Counted from the stretch's first letter, positions 37,884 through 54,911 are shown. The stretch: 64,000 nt of DNA from Escherichia coli (GCF_003991155.1 NZ_CP031293.1), one strand, 5' to 3'. Notes: generated by a model from the letters alone, not told the origin. Translations and numbers: made by a program.

Positions 37884-40166
37884 ATGGAAAACAATCGCAA
37901 TTTCCCTGCCAGACAATTTCATTCGCTCACGTTCTTTGCTGGTCTTTGTATTGGCATCACGCCTGTGGCTCAGGCTCTCGCCGCCGAAGGGCAAACTAAC
38001 GCGGATGACACGCTGGTTGTCGAAGCATCAACGCCTTCGCTTTATGCGCCACAACAATCTGCCGATCCGAAATTCTCGCGTCCGGTAGCGGATACTACCC
38101 GCACGATGACGGTGATTTCTGAACAAGTGATTAAAGATCAGGGCGCAACCAACCTTACCGACGCGCTCAAAAACGTCCCCGGAGTGGGTGCGTTTTTTGC
38201 TGGTGAGAACGGTAACTCCACCACTGGCGACGCCATTTATATGCGCGGTGCCGATACTTCTAACAGTATTTATATTGATGGCATTCGCGATATCGGCAGC
38301 GTCTCGCGCGACACCTTCAATACCGAGCAGGTCGAAGTAATTAAAGGGCCGTCCGGCACCGACTACGGGCGCAGCGCGCCGACGGGCTCGATCAATATGA
38401 TCAGCAAGCAGCCGCGCAATGATTCCGGCATTGACGCCTCCGCGAGTATTGGCAGCGCCTGGTTCCGCCGCGGCACGCTGGACGTCAATCAGGTCATTGG
38501 TGATACCACTGCGGTGCGCCTGAATGTGATGGGTGAAAAAACGCACGATGCCGGACGCGACAAAGTTAAAAATGAGCGTTACGGCGTCGCCCCTTCTGTC
38601 GCTTTTGGCCTTGGCACAGCGAATCGTTTGTATCTTAATTATCTGCATGTCACCCAGCACAACACGCCAGACGGCGGCATTCCGACCATCGGTTTACCGG
38701 GTTATTCTGCCCCATCTGCGGGAACGGCGGCCCTGAATCATTCCGGAAAAGTTGATACTCATAACTTTTACGGCACGGATTCCGATTACGACGATTCGAC
38801 CACCGACACCGCTACCATGCGTTTTGAGCACGACATCAACGATAACACCACCATTCGCAATACTACCCGTTGGTCGCGCGTGAAGCAGGATTACCTGATG
38901 ACGGCGATTATGGGCGGGGCGTCGAATATTACCCAGCCCACCAGCGATGTGAATAGCTGGACCTGGTCACGCACGGCGAATACTAAAGATGTGAGTAATA
39001 AAATTCTCACCAACCAGACCAACCTGACCTCGACGTTCTATACCGGTTCTATCGGTCATGATGTCAGTACCGGCGTGGAATTTACCCGTGAAACGCAGAC
39101 TAACTACGGCGTTAATCCGGTGACGTTACCTGCGGTAAATATTTATCATCCTGACAGCAGCATTCATCCCGGCGGCCTGACGCGCAACGGCGCAAACGCC
39201 AATGGTCAGACGGATACCTTCGCAATTTACGCCTTCGATACGCTGCAAATCACCCGTGATTTTGAGCTGAACGGCGGGATCCGTCTGGATAATTATCATA
39301 CTGAATATGACAGTGCCACCGCCTGCGGCGGCAGCGGACGCGGTGCCATCACCTGCCCTGCTGGCGTGGCAAAAGGTTCTCCGGTCACCACCGTCGATAC
39401 CGCCAAGTCGGGCAATCTGGTGAACTGGAAAGCCGGGGCGCTGTATCACCTGACGGAAAACGGCAATGTCTATATTAACTATGCCGTTTCCCAGCAGCCT
39501 CCGGGCGGCAACAACTTCGCCCTTGCGCAGTCTGGCAGCGGTAACAGTGCCAACCGCACCGATTTTAAACCGCAAAAAGCCAACACCAGCGAGATTGGCA
39601 CCAAATGGCAGGTTCTGGATAAACGCCTGCTACTTACCGCCGCGCTGTTCCGTACTGATATTGAAAATGAAGTTGAGCAAAATGATGACGGGACTTATTC
39701 GCAATATGGTAAGAAACGTGTCGAAGGCTATGAGATATCCGTGGCCGGGAATATCACCCCCGCGTGGCAGGTGATTGGCGGCTATACCCAGCAAAAAGCA
39801 ACCATCAAAAACGGCAAAGATGTTGCCCAAGATGGTTCCTCATCGCTGCCCTATACGCCGGAGCACGCCTTTACCTTATGGAGCCAATATCAGGCAACCG
39901 ATGATATTTCCGTTGGTGCGGGCGCACGGTATATCGGCAGTATGCATAAAGGTTCTGACGGCGCGGTGGGAACGCCAGCGTTTACCGAAGGTTATTGGGT
40001 CGCCGACGCTAAACTGGGGTATCGGGTTAATCGCAATCTCGACTTCCAGCTAAACGTCTACAACCTGTTTGATACCGATTACGTCGCCTCAATCAACAAG
40101 AGCGGCTACCGTTATCACCCGGGCGAGCCAAGAACCTTCTTGCTCACGGCCAATATGCATTTCTGA
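37884..40166 (+). CDS. fiu: TonB-dependent catecholate siderophore receptor Fiu
   Basis: 760-aa ORF with plug and beta-barrel regions and a C-terminal aromatic residue. Confidence 0.92.
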   Translation: MENNRNFPARQFHSLTFFAGLCIGITPVAQALAAEGQTNADDTLVVEASTPSLYAPQQSADPKFSRPVADTTRTMTVISEQVIKDQGATNLTDALKNVPGVGAFFAGENGNSTTGDAIYMRGADTSNSIYIDGIRDIGSVSRDTFNTEQVEVIKGPSGTDYGRSAPTGSINMISKQPRNDSGIDASASIGSAWFRRGTLDVNQVIGDTTAVRLNVMGEKTHDAGRDKVKNERYGVAPSVAFGLGTANRLYLNYLHVTQHNTPDGGIPTIGLPGYSAPSAGTAALNHSGKVDTHNFYGTDSDYDDSTTDTATMRFEHDINDNTTIRNTTRWSRVKQDYLMTAIMGGASNITQPTSDVNSWTWSRTANTKDVSNKILTNQTNLTSTFYTGSIGHDVSTGVEFTRETQTNYGVNPVTLPAVNIYHPDSSIHPGGLTRNGANANGQTDTFAIYAFDTLQITRDFELNGGIRLDNYHTEYDSATACGGSGRGAITCPAGVAKGSPVTTVDTAKSGNLVNWKAGALYHLTENGNVYINYAVSQQPPGGNNFALAQSGSGNSANRTDFKPQKANTSEIGTKWQVLDKRLLLTAALFRTDIENEVEQNDDGTYSQYGKKRVEGYEISVAGNITPAWQVIGGYTQQKATIKNGKDVAQDGSSSLPYTPEHAFTLWSQYQATDDISVGAGARYIGSMHKGSDGAVGTPAFTEGYWVADAKLGYRVNRNLDFQLNVYNLFDTDYVASINKSGYRYHPGEPRTFLLTANMHF

Positions 40167-40207
40167 TTCAGATGTGGGGCGCAGGCCCCATTTTTTGGAG
40201 AACTTGT

Positions 40208-40885
40208 ATGATGTACCACATTCCCGGCGTGCTATCGCCAAAGGACGTCGCCCGGTTTCGCGAACAACTGGAACAAGCCGAATGGGTGGATGGACGCGTC
40301 ACCACCGGCGCACAAGGTGCGCAAGTTAAGAACAATCAACAGGTAGACACCCGCAGCACGTTATACGCCGCCCTGCAAAATGAGGTGCTGAACGCGGTTA
40401 ATCAACATGCTTTGTTCTTTGCCGCGGCCTTGCCGCGTACCCTTTCCACGCCGCTGTTTAATCGCTATCAGAACAATGAAACCTATGGTTTCCATGTGGA
40501 TGGCGCAGTACGCAGCCATCCACAAAACGGCTGGATGCGCACTGACCTTTCTGCCACGCTGTTTTTAAGCGATCCAGAAAGCTACGACGGCGGCGAACTG
40601 GTCGTTAATGACACCTTCGGGCAACATCGGGTAAAACTCCCGGCAGGCGATCTGGTGTTGTATCCCTCCAGCAGCCTGCATTGCGTGACACCCGTAACCC
40701 GCGGCGTGCGAGTGGCATCATTTATGTGGATCCAGTCGATGATCCGCGATGATAAAAAGCGCGCCATGCTGTTTGAACTGGACAACAATATTCAGTCGCT
40801 GAAAAGCCACTACGGCGAAAGTGAAGAGATCCTGTCGCTGCTCAATCTTTATCATAATCTGCTGCGGGAATGGTCGGAGATCTGA
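40208..40885 (+). CDS. ybiX: Fe(II)/2-oxoglutarate-dependent hydroxylase YbiX (PKHD-type), start at [10 protein letters not shown]
   Basis: 225 aa with HxD...H motif context; sits downstream of fiu as in the K-12 operon. Confidence 0.88.
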   Translation: MMYHIPGVLSPKDVARFREQLEQAEWVDGRVTTGAQGAQVKNNQQVDTRSTLYAALQNEVLNAVNQHALFFAAALPRTLSTPLFNRYQNNETYGFHVDGAVRSHPQNGWMRTDLSATLFLSDPESYDGGELVVNDTFGQHRVKLPAGDLVLYPSSSLHCVTPVTRGVRVASFMWIQSMIRDDKKRAMLFELDNNIQSLKSHYGESEEILSLLNLYHNLLREWSEI

Positions 40886-40958
40886 CGCTTGAACTGCCCG
40901 AGTTCGTCCCTATATTAGCTACACTTAGCTGTACAAGCATTGATATGGGGAGGACGAT

Positions 40959-41225
40959 ATGGCATCCGGTTGGGCTAATGATGACGCCGTCAACGAACAG
41001 ATCAACAGTACAATTGAAGATGCGATTGCCCGCGCTCGGGGTGAAATTCCGCATGGCGAAAGCCTGTATGAATGTGAAGAGTGCGGTGCCCCTATCCCGC
41101 AGGCCCGTCGGGAAGCCATTCCTGGCGTGCGCTTATGCATTCATTGTCAGCAGGAGAAAGATTTACAAAAACCAGCTTATACAGGATATAATCGCAGAGG
41201 TTCGAAAGACAGCCAGTTACGTTAA
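40959..41225 (+). CDS. ybiI: DksA/TraR-family C4-type zinc-finger protein YbiI
   Basis: 88-aa ORF with CxxC...CxxC (CEECGAPI...CIHCQ). Confidence 0.88.
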   Translation: MASGWANDDAVNEQINSTIEDAIARARGEIPHGESLYECEECGAPIPQARREAIPGVRLCIHCQQEKDLQKPAYTGYNRRGSKDSQLR

Positions 41226-41489
41226 CTACAACTGGCGGGATGTATAGCGAGTATAATTTGTATTTTGCGTGGCATTCCGTGCCTTTAACGCTGTCGTGAC
41301 TGCCACGCTGCATAAAACAAGTCCATAAGTTCAACAAATAAATGGATTATCAGTATGTTAGATATCAATCAATTTATTTGAACAAGGCGGTCAATTCTCT
41401 TCGATTTTATCTCTCGTAAAAAAACGTGATACTCATCACATCGACGAAACAACGTCACTTATACAAAAATCACCTGCGAGAGATTAATT

Positions 41490-41750
41490 ATGAAAACTAT
41501 CAATACTGTTGTTGCTGCTATGGCTCTTTCAACTCTGTCATTTGGCGTGTTTGCCGCGGAACCGGTAACGGCATCCCAGGCACAGAACATGAATAAAATC
41601 GGCGTGGTTTCTGCCGATGGCGCATCCACCCTCGATGCCCTGGAAGCGAAACTGGCTGAGAAAGCTGCGGCAGCTGGGGCGAGTGGATACAGCATCACTT
41701 CTGCCACCAACAACAATAAATTAAGCGGTACTGCGGTAATTTATAAGTAA
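41490..41750 (+). CDS. ybiJ: DUF1471-family periplasmic protein YbiJ
   Basis: 86 aa with signal peptide and the C-terminal SGTAVIYK motif. Confidence 0.88.
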   Translation: MKTINTVVAAMALSTLSFGVFAAEPVTASQAQNMNKIGVVSADGASTLDALEAKLAEKAAAAGASGYSITSATNNNKLSGTAVIYK

Positions 41751-41861
41751 TTCGTAAGCCGGATCAGGCGTTTACGCTACGTCCAGCACAAGTATTTCCC
41801 TGTCTGTTTGCCGACAGACGCATATGCTCTAACCCTCATTGATCCTATGTTACCCTTGTTT

Positions 41862-41889
41862 GCCCGTCCGCCACTGGACGGGCTTTTTT

Positions 41890-41890
<1 letters not shown>
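41862..41890 (+). terminator. Rho-independent terminator downstream of ybiJ
   Basis: gcccgtcc-gccact-ggacgggc followed by tttttttt; abuts the ybiC stop codon. Confidence 0.7.
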
Positions 41891-43109
<1,219 letters not shown>

Positions 43110-43115
43110 AAAGAA

Positions 43116-44078
<963 letters not shown>

Positions 44079-44105
44079 TTACGACTCCTTACCTGACTCA
44101 CATCA

Positions 44106-46256
44106 TTAACGCCGCCGACGGCGTGGGGATTTCGTTTTTTCTTTCTTTTTAACTATACCTTCAGGGACTTCCGGTTGCTCTATCGGAAATACCGGTAATG
44201 CATCCAGTAGCCGCTTGCCGTAGTTTTTGGTGAGCAAGCGTTTATCGTAAATCACCACTTCGCCCCAGCAACCGTGGCTTCGAATCAGTCGCCCAACCTG
44301 CTGAATCAGGTTAAACGAGGCGCTCGGCAGGCTTTGCACCTCAAACGGATAGCGGTTGAGGCTTTTCAGCCATTCCCCTTCGGTGATCACCACGGGGCTG
44401 TCGATGGGCGGAAAAGCGATTTTGTGGATATGCACCTGGCTGAGCAGATCGCCTTTCAGATCAAGCCCTTCGGCAAATGACTGTAAGCCCACCAGCACGC
44501 TGCGCTCACCGTTGGCGACGCGTTTGCGGTGCAGTTCAACTAAACGGTAACGCGGCTGATCGCCCTGCACCAGCAACATCAGACGTAAATCCGTCACATA
44601 GTCGAGAAAGCGCTGCATCGCCCGTCCGCTGGCAAACAGTACCAACATACCGAGATGTTTTTTGCTCTCCACCTGCTTACGGAAAAAGGCCGCCATTTCG
44701 GCAATATGCTGCTCTTCGTTGTCGAGGGAAGGCTCAACGCGCATCCGGGGAATAACAATTTTGCCCTGTTCGCAGTGGTTAAAGGGGGAATCCAGCGCCA
44801 CAAAACGGTCGCCCGCTTTCTCTTTCAGCCCACTCATCTCCTGCAAACGCGAAAAACTGTTCAGCGAACGCAAGGTTGCGGAGGTAACAATAATGTGCGG
44901 AATACTGCGCCACAGCAGCCTTTCCAGTTGGTCGCTAACACGAATACCCACACAGTGAAACCAGAGATGCAGCTGCCCTTCGCGCTCTTCCCGCGTCGCC
45001 CATTTGGTCACCGGCGCACCGGAAGATTGCGCCAGAGACGCCAGCCGCCAGAGTTTGCTTTGCGCCTCGAACATCCCCAACGCGCGGTTCATCTGCAAAA
45101 TCAACCGATGCAGGCGTACAATGTCATGGCTGCCGGTTTTCTCACTTAAATCGTTAAGAAATAACTCCGCCAGGCCACGCAGCATCTCGGTGAGTTTTGC
45201 CAGCCGCTGGCAGATCTCCAGTACTTCATCAGGCAGTTCGCCCATCGCAAAACGGTGCTCTGCCTCCTGCCCGGCAGGCATGTAGAGGTTGAGAATGTTG
45301 TTTAACGAGGCGATAAGCTCATACAACTCTTCACAATGGGCATTCAAACGTTCAGGGATCGCCAGCGGCGGGATGGTCTTCGGGCGAAACTGCTCCATGC
45401 AGGTAGCGACCAGTTTCGTGAACAAGTCCAGCTGTAGCCGATACCACGGTGCGGTGATTTCTGCACTCATCTCCAGCGCATCCCGCGCCACATCCGGCAG
45501 GTGATGACCTTCGTCCAGCACCAGCAGTAAATTTTTCGGGTCAGGCAATACGGCTTCGCTTTCCATCGCCGCCATCACCAGCGCATGGTTTGCCACCACC
45601 ACTTCCGCTTCCTGAATCTCCCGACGAGCGACAAAAAACGGGCATTCGCGATAGTAATAACAGTTGCGGTTAAGGCAACTGGCCTTGTCGGTGCTCAAAC
45701 GACGCCAGAGATCGTCATCTATAGCGATATCAGTATGATCACGCAGACCATCCCATTTATAAGTGTCGAGATCGCCCTTCAGCTTCGCACAACGTTTTTG
45801 TTCTTCCTGATTGTTCGGCGTCAGTTCGTCGTCAAGAAACGCCAGCAAATCCTGTTGCGTGGGTTCAGTGCTGGCGAGCGCCGTCAGATTACGCGGACAA
45901 ACGTAGCGCCCACGCCCAAAAGCGGCAGTGAATTTAAGATCGGGAATGATCTTTTTCAGCAGCGGTAAATCTTTACTGTAGATCTGATCCTGCAATGCCA
46001 CGTTGGCGGTACTCACCACCAGCGTTTTTTGCTCTTCGCGGGCAATGGCGATGCCAGGGATCAAATAGGAGAGCGTTTTCCCAACGCCAGTGGGGGCTTC
46101 AATCGCCAGATGCCGCCCTTCTTCTCCGGCCAGCGTTTTGGCGACGTCCGCAATCATCTGCCGCTGCGGCGCACGGGGAATAAAGTCGGGGATCTGTTCC
46201 TGAAGCGCCTTATACCAGGCGGCAATTTGCGCTTTAAGCGCGGCGGTTAATGCCAT
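44106..46256 (-). CDS. dinG: ATP-dependent DNA helicase DinG (Fe-S, superfamily 2)
   Basis: 716-aa ORF with Walker A GVGKTLSYL, DEGHH box and Fe-S cysteines. Confidence 0.93.
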   Translation of the reverse strand: MALTAALKAQIAAWYKALQEQIPDFIPRAPQRQMIADVAKTLAGEEGRHLAIEAPTGVGKTLSYLIPGIAIAREEQKTLVVSTANVALQDQIYSKDLPLLKKIIPDLKFTAAFGRGRYVCPRNLTALASTEPTQQDLLAFLDDELTPNNQEEQKRCAKLKGDLDTYKWDGLRDHTDIAIDDDLWRRLSTDKASCLNRNCYYYRECPFFVARREIQEAEVVVANHALVMAAMESEAVLPDPKNLLLVLDEGHHLPDVARDALEMSAEITAPWYRLQLDLFTKLVATCMEQFRPKTIPPLAIPERLNAHCEELYELIASLNNILNLYMPAGQEAEHRFAMGELPDEVLEICQRLAKLTEMLRGLAELFLNDLSEKTGSHDIVRLHRLILQMNRALGMFEAQSKLWRLASLAQSSGAPVTKWATREEREGQLHLWFHCVGIRVSDQLERLLWRSIPHIIVTSATLRSLNSFSRLQEMSGLKEKAGDRFVALDSPFNHCEQGKIVIPRMRVEPSLDNEEQHIAEMAAFFRKQVESKKHLGMLVLFASGRAMQRFLDYVTDLRLMLLVQGDQPRYRLVELHRKRVANGERSVLVGLQSFAEGLDLKGDLLSQVHIHKIAFPPIDSPVVITEGEWLKSLNRYPFEVQSLPSASFNLIQQVGRLIRSHGCWGEVVIYDKRLLTKNYGKRLLDALPVFPIEQPEVPEGIVKKKEKTKSPRRRRR

Positions 46257-46270
46257 GAGAAAACCTGAAA

Positions 46271-46290
46271 TACTGTATAAACAGCCAATA
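46271..46290. promoter_or_regulatory. LexA (SOS) box candidate of dinG, non-canonical (tattggctgtttatacagta on the dinG strand)
   Basis: Plus-strand tactgtataaacagccaata lies 15 bp upstream of the dinG start; it contains CTGT...ACAG half-sites in an unusual arrangement that matches what I recall for dinG. Confidence 0.6.
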
Positions 46291-46426
46291 TTGTGGCATT
46301 TTTCGGTTTTCAGGGGTAATGGTTTTTCTGTTTCTGGAAAGCGGCTCGCAATAACGTTTTCTGGCTGTGGGGTTTTCTCGCAACAGAAGAAACATCATTG
46401 CGTAGTAAAAGACAATGCACGCAGGC

Positions 46427-46708
46427 TTATTGCGCTGGTGGCCATTGCAGGGCGGTATGTAAAACACGCAGTACCGAGAGCGTATCGCCCTCCACTTGGT
46501 AGATCAGCACATAATGCGGCCTGACAACGGCTTCATGTGTACCAGCGACTCGTCCGGCCCGGTACATCTCCGGGCGTTCACAGGCCTGTTCCGCAATGGC
46601 TTCAAATTGATTATCAAGGGCTATTGCCGCTAGCGGATTATCTTTACTGATGTATTCCATGATTTGCTCCCTGTCAGACAGGGACATTGGCTTCCATTCC
46701 AGACGCAT
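46427..46708 (-). CDS. ParE/RelE-superfamily toxin, 93 aa
   Basis: Translation MRLEWKPMSLSDREQIMEYISKDNPLAA...PEMYRAGRVAGTHEAVVRPHYVLIYQVEGDTLSVLRVLH has the ParE-like layout; the start overlaps the upstream gene's stop (TAATG). Confidence 0.75.
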   Translation of the reverse strand: MRLEWKPMSLSDREQIMEYISKDNPLAAIALDNQFEAIAEQACERPEMYRAGRVAGTHEAVVRPHYVLIYQVEGDTLSVLRVLHTALQWPPAQ

Positions 46709-47148
46709 TAATCCCCCTTCAGCAAGGCTTTTTTACGGGCAGCAAATAGACTTTTGGCCTCTTCATGAGAGAGCGCCGGGCGTGGATCGTCAATGGCGGC
46801 CTGTACCTGTTCACGAAACCAGGCGTCATACGCGGCAGCTTCATGAGCTCGTTTTAATGCCTCTGCCCTGTCTGGTCGGGTCGTTTTCTTCTGACCGTCC
46901 GGGTCGTAATGAGAGGCGTCGACTTCAAACCGGGCAATACCAACATCTTTCAGGTAGTTGACAACCGTTTCCAGCCGTTTAAACAAGCGAATTTGCCGAC
47001 TGCGTTGTGCTGCAAGAGGCCGTTCAGTGTGGCCGTATTTCACGGTCAACGACCAGCCTCCCTGGGTGCCAATAACGTGTGCTGCATCCACTACGCCAGA
47101 TTCAACCAGTTTATGTAAGGTTGAGTGATCGATCGTTTCTGGTGCCAT
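46708..47148 (-). CDS. Putative cognate antitoxin / DNA-binding partner of the ParE-like toxin, atypical 146 aa; family unresolved
   Basis: Translationally coupled directly upstream of the toxin. The C-terminal segment (AAYDAWFREQVQAAIDDPRPALSHEEAKSLFAARKKAL) looks like a toxin-neutralising tail; the N-terminal ~90 aa do not show an obvious RHH, AbrB or HTH signature to me. Confidence 0.6.
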   Translation of the reverse strand: MAPETIDHSTLHKLVESGVVDAAHVIGTQGGWSLTVKYGHTERPLAAQRSRQIRLFKRLETVVNYLKDVGIARFEVDASHYDPDGQKKTTRPDRAEALKRAHEAAAYDAWFREQVQAAIDDPRPALSHEEAKSLFAARKKALLKGD

Positions 47149-47304
47149 AATGCGCTAACCTCTTTGTATACGGCATGCAATTTATAATTAAAGATAGCGC
47201 AATTAATAATAAATTGCAGCACCTTAATCGTAAATTGCCCAGGATAAAATTGCGGTAGAAAGAGATTTGTTGCGAATATGCCGGGCATCGCCCGGCATAA
47301 AAGA

Positions 47305-48669
47305 TTACTGCGCAGCGGCAGGTTTACGCGGACGGCGACGGCGTTGTTGTTCGCCTGCCGGTTTGGCATCACCAAGACGACGAGATGTTTTTTCTGCGGG
47401 CTTCGCGCTAGCTGATTTCGCACCACCTTCTCCACGGCGTGGTTGCTGTTGACCGCGACCACCACCTTGCCCACGACCGCCGCCGCCACGTTGCTGGCGA
47501 CCATTCTGGATTGGTTCCGCTTTGATTGACGGGTCCGGCTCATAGCCAGGAATCGCAATGCGCGGGATCTCTTTTTTCAGCAGTTTTTCGATATCACGCA
47601 GCAGTTTGTGTTCATCAACACACACCAGCGACAACGCTTCACCGGTAGCAGCCGCACGACCGGTACGCCCGATACGGTGGACATAATCTTCCGGTACGTT
47701 TGGCAGTTCATAGTTGACCACGTGCGGCAGCTCTTCAATATCCAGGCCGCGCGCAGCGATGTCAGTTGCCACCAGTACACGAATATCGCCCGATTTAAAA
47801 TCAGCCAGCGCACGGGTACGCGCACCTTGCGATTTATTGCCGTGGATCGCCGCACTGCGGATGCCATCTTTATTGAGCTGTTCAGCCAGATGGTTAGCGC
47901 CATGTTTGGTACGGGTAAACACCAGCACCTGCTGCCAGTTCCCTTTCCCAATCATATGCGACAGCAATTCGCGTTTGCGTTTCTTATCAACAAAGTGAAC
48001 ATGCTGGGTCACCTGATCAGACGCGGTATTGCGGCGTGCCACTTCGATTTCCAGCGGGTTGTGCAACAGTTTTTCCGCCAGGGCTTTAATATCGTCAGAG
48101 AAGGTCGCGGAGAACAACAGGTTCTGGCGCTTCGCTGGCAATTTTGTTAACACGCGACGGATATCGTGGATAAAGCCCATGTCGAGCATGCGGTCAGCTT
48201 CATCAAGGACGAGGATTTCAACCTGATCCAGCTTCACCGCATTCTGATGTTCCAGGTCCAGCAGACGTCCCGGCGTTGCCACCAGCACATCAACGCCGCC
48301 GCGCAACTTCATCATCTGCGGGTTAATGCTGACACCGCCAAACACCACCAGCGAACGGATATTCAGGTATTTGCTGTAATCACGGACGTTTTCGCCAATC
48401 TGCGCCGCCAGTTCACGGGTTGGGGTAAGAATGAGCGCACGTACCGGACGACGCCCTTTGGCGTGCGGCTGGCGAGTGATCAGGTGTTGCAACAGCGGCA
48501 GCGTAAAGCCCGCTGTTTTGCCGGTACCGGTCTGGGCGCTGGCCATCAGGTCGCGGCCTTCCAGCACCGCAGGGATCGCCTGCTGCTGAATAGGGGTGGG
48601 TTCACGGTAACCCTGCTCGGCAACGGCGCGCAGGATATCAGGGCTTAAACCCAAAGAATCGAAAGACAT
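47305..48669 (-). CDS. rhlE: ATP-dependent DEAD-box RNA helicase RhlE
   Basis: 454-aa ORF with Q-motif, Walker A (AQTGTGKT), DEAD box and a basic Gly/Arg-rich C-terminal tail. Confidence 0.93.
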   Translation of the reverse strand: MSFDSLGLSPDILRAVAEQGYREPTPIQQQAIPAVLEGRDLMASAQTGTGKTAGFTLPLLQHLITRQPHAKGRRPVRALILTPTRELAAQIGENVRDYSKYLNIRSLVVFGGVSINPQMMKLRGGVDVLVATPGRLLDLEHQNAVKLDQVEILVLDEADRMLDMGFIHDIRRVLTKLPAKRQNLLFSATFSDDIKALAEKLLHNPLEIEVARRNTASDQVTQHVHFVDKKRKRELLSHMIGKGNWQQVLVFTRTKHGANHLAEQLNKDGIRSAAIHGNKSQGARTRALADFKSGDIRVLVATDIAARGLDIEELPHVVNYELPNVPEDYVHRIGRTGRAAATGEALSLVCVDEHKLLRDIEKLLKKEIPRIAIPGYEPDPSIKAEPIQNGRQQRGGGGRGQGGGRGQQQPRRGEGGAKSASAKPAEKTSRRLGDAKPAGEQQRRRRPRKPAAAQ

Positions 48670-48897
48670 AACTACTCCGAACCGCCCCGACCGTTACCGG
48701 TGTAGTTTTCAGGGAGATACTGAAAAGGAAAATGACAAAAACCACAATGTCATGAGGGAGCGGAGTGTAGCAGTTTTTGTGACGCAGCGCATAAATTATC
48801 CCTGTGACTGGCGTAGCTAAAATTCTTAGCCATACTGGACAACTCCCCTATGGAGTCATAATCTTAATCAATCATTTGATTAAGAATGGACTGTGCG

Positions 48898-52288
<3,391 letters not shown>

Positions 52289-52296
<8 letters not shown>

Positions 52297-53422
52297 TCCG
52301 ATCCTGTCCTGGCGTCGCGTGCGGGCACTGTGCGTCAAAGAGACGCGGCAGATCGTTCGCGATCCGAGTAGCTGGCTGATTGCGGTGGTGATCCCGCTGC
52401 TACTGCTGTTTATTTTTGGTTACGGCATTAACCTCGACTCCAGCAAGCTGCGGGTCGGGATTTTACTGGAACAGCGTAGCGAAGCGGCGCTGGATTTCAC
52501 CCACACCATGACCGGTTCGCCCTACATCGACGCCACCATCAGCGATAACCGTCAGGAACTGATCGCCAAAATGCAGGCGGGGAAAATTCGCGGTCTGGTG
52601 GTTATTCCGGTGGATTTCGCCGAACAGATGGAGCGCGCCAACGCCATTGCACCGATTCAGGTGATCACCGACGGCAGTGAGCCGAATACCGCTAACTTTG
52701 TGCAGGGGTATGTCGAAGGGATCTGGCAGATCTGGCAAATGCAGCGCGCGGAGGATAACGGGCAGACTTTTGAACCGCTTATTGATGTACAAACCCGCTA
52801 CTGGTTTAACCCGGCGGCGATAAGCCAGCACTTTATTATCCCCGGTGCGGTGACTATTATCATGACGGTCATCGGTGCGATTCTCACCTCGCTGGTGGTG
52901 GCGCGAGAATGGGAACGCGGCACCATGGAGGCTTTGCTCTCTACGGAGATTACCCGCACGGAGCTGCTGCTGTGTAAGCTGATCCCTTATTACTTTCTCG
53001 GGATGCTGGCGATGTTGCTGTGTATGCTGGTGTCGGTGTTTATTCTCGGCGTGCCGTATCGCGGGTCGCTGCTGATTCTGTTTTTTATCTCCAGCCTGTT
53101 TTTACTCAGTACCCTGGGGATGGGGCTACTGATTTCCACAATTACCCGCAACCAGTTCAACGCCGCTCAGGTTGCCCTGAACGCGGCTTTTCTGCCGTCG
53201 ATTATGCTTTCCGGCTTTATATTTCAGATAGACAGTATGCCCGCGGTGATCCGCGCGGTGACGTACATTATTCCCGCACGTTATTTCGTCAGCACCCTGC
53301 AAAGCCTGTTCCTCGCCGGGAATATTCCGGTGGTACTGGTGGTGAACGTGCTGTTTTTGATCGCTTCGGCGGTGATGTTTATCGGCCTGACGTGGCTGAA
53401 AACCAAACGTCGGCTGGATTAG
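52289..53422 (+). CDS. ybhS: ABC-2 type transporter permease YbhS
   Basis: 377-aa membrane protein; overlaps the ybhF stop. Confidence 0.88.
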
Positions 53423-53432
53423 GGAGAAGAGC

Positions 53433-54539
53433 ATGTTTCATCGCTTATGGACGTTAATCCGCAAAGAGTTGCAGTCGCTGCTGCGCGAACCGCAAACCCG
53501 CGCAATTCTGATTTTACCCGTGCTGATTCAGGTGATCCTGTTCCCGTTCGCCGCCACGCTGGAAGTGACCAACGCCACCATCGCCATCTACGATGAAGAT
53601 AACGGCGAGCATTCGGTGGAACTTACTCAACGTTTTGCCCGCGCCAGCGCCTTTACCCATGTGCTGCTGCTGAAAAGCCCGCAGGAGATCCGCCCAACCA
53701 TCGACACACAAAAGGCATTACTCCTGGTGCGTTTCCCGGCTGACTTCTCGCGCAAACTGGATACCTTCCAGACCGCGCCGTTGCAGTTGATCCTCGACGG
53801 GCGCAACTCCAACAGTGCGCAAATTGCCGCCAACTACCTGCAACAGATCGTCAAAAATTATCAGCAGGAGCTGCTGGAAGGAAAACCGAAACCCAACAAC
53901 AGCGAGCTGGTGGTACGCAACTGGTATAACCCGAATCTCGACTACAAATGGTTTGTGGTGCCGTCGCTGATCGCCATGATCACCACTATCGGCGTAATGA
54001 TCGTCACTTCACTTTCCGTCGCCCGCGAACGTGAACAAGGTACGCTCGATCAGTTACTGGTTTCGCCGCTCACCACCTGGCAGATATTCATCGGCAAGGC
54101 CGTACCGGCATTAATTGTCGCCACCTTCCAGGCCACCATTGTGCTGGCGATTGGTATCTGGGCGTATCAAATCCCCTTCGCCGGATCGCTGGCGCTGTTC
54201 TACTTTACGATGGTGATTTACGGTTTATCGCTGGTAGGCTTCGGTCTGTTGATTTCATCACTCTGTTCAACACAACAGCAGGCGTTTATCGGCGTGTTTG
54301 TCTTTATGATGCCCGCCATTCTCCTTTCCGGTTACGTTTCGCCGGTGGAAAACATGCCAGTGTGGCTGCAAAATCTGACGTGGATTAACCCTATTCGCCA
54401 CTTTACGGACATTACCAAGCAGATTTATTTGAAGGATGCGAGTCTGGATATTGTGTGGAATAGTTTGTGGCCGCTACTGGTGATAACGGCCACGACAGGG
54501 TCAGCGGCGTACGCGATGTTTAGACGTAAGGTGATGTAA
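53433..54539 (+). CDS. ybhR: ABC-2 type transporter permease YbhR
   Basis: 368-aa membrane protein, paralogous to YbhS. Confidence 0.88.
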
Positions 54540-54911
54540 CTTCTTATCTTTCGCCAGCAAAGACACCACCGCCGGGCCGGCAAGGATTGCCAGCCCTGCA
54601 ATTGCCAGCAAAAAGTTGTTTTCCAGTACGCGGGACAACAGCCACAGCACAATCAGCGCTGCGCCAAAATACCAGGTCGTGGTCAGCTCTTCCAGCACGT
54701 CTGCCACCTCACGCCAGCGTTGCTCGGGGTGGCGCTGAAACACCAGCATCATCACTACCGTGACACAATACAGTGCGCATAATCCCACGCCGACGTGAAC
54801 CAGAGTCTTACTCATCCAGCCCACCACCAGCAGCGCCACTACCAGTAAATGCAACATACTCTGCCAGCAACTTAGGCCAGTTGCGACACGAACACGTTGT
54901 TGCCACTTCAT
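54501..54911 (-). CDS. ybhQ: Inner membrane protein YbhQ
   Basis: 136-aa hydrophobic ORF; its 3' end overlaps the convergent ybhR 3' end by 39 nt. Confidence 0.8.

Noticed and set aside
46255-46961. Plus-strand ORFs (89, 103 and 69 aa) in the dinG-rhlE interval as possible ybiA
   Set aside because: None shows a NADAR-like (YbiA) sequence; all are antisense to the ParE-type module and lack ribosome-binding sites.
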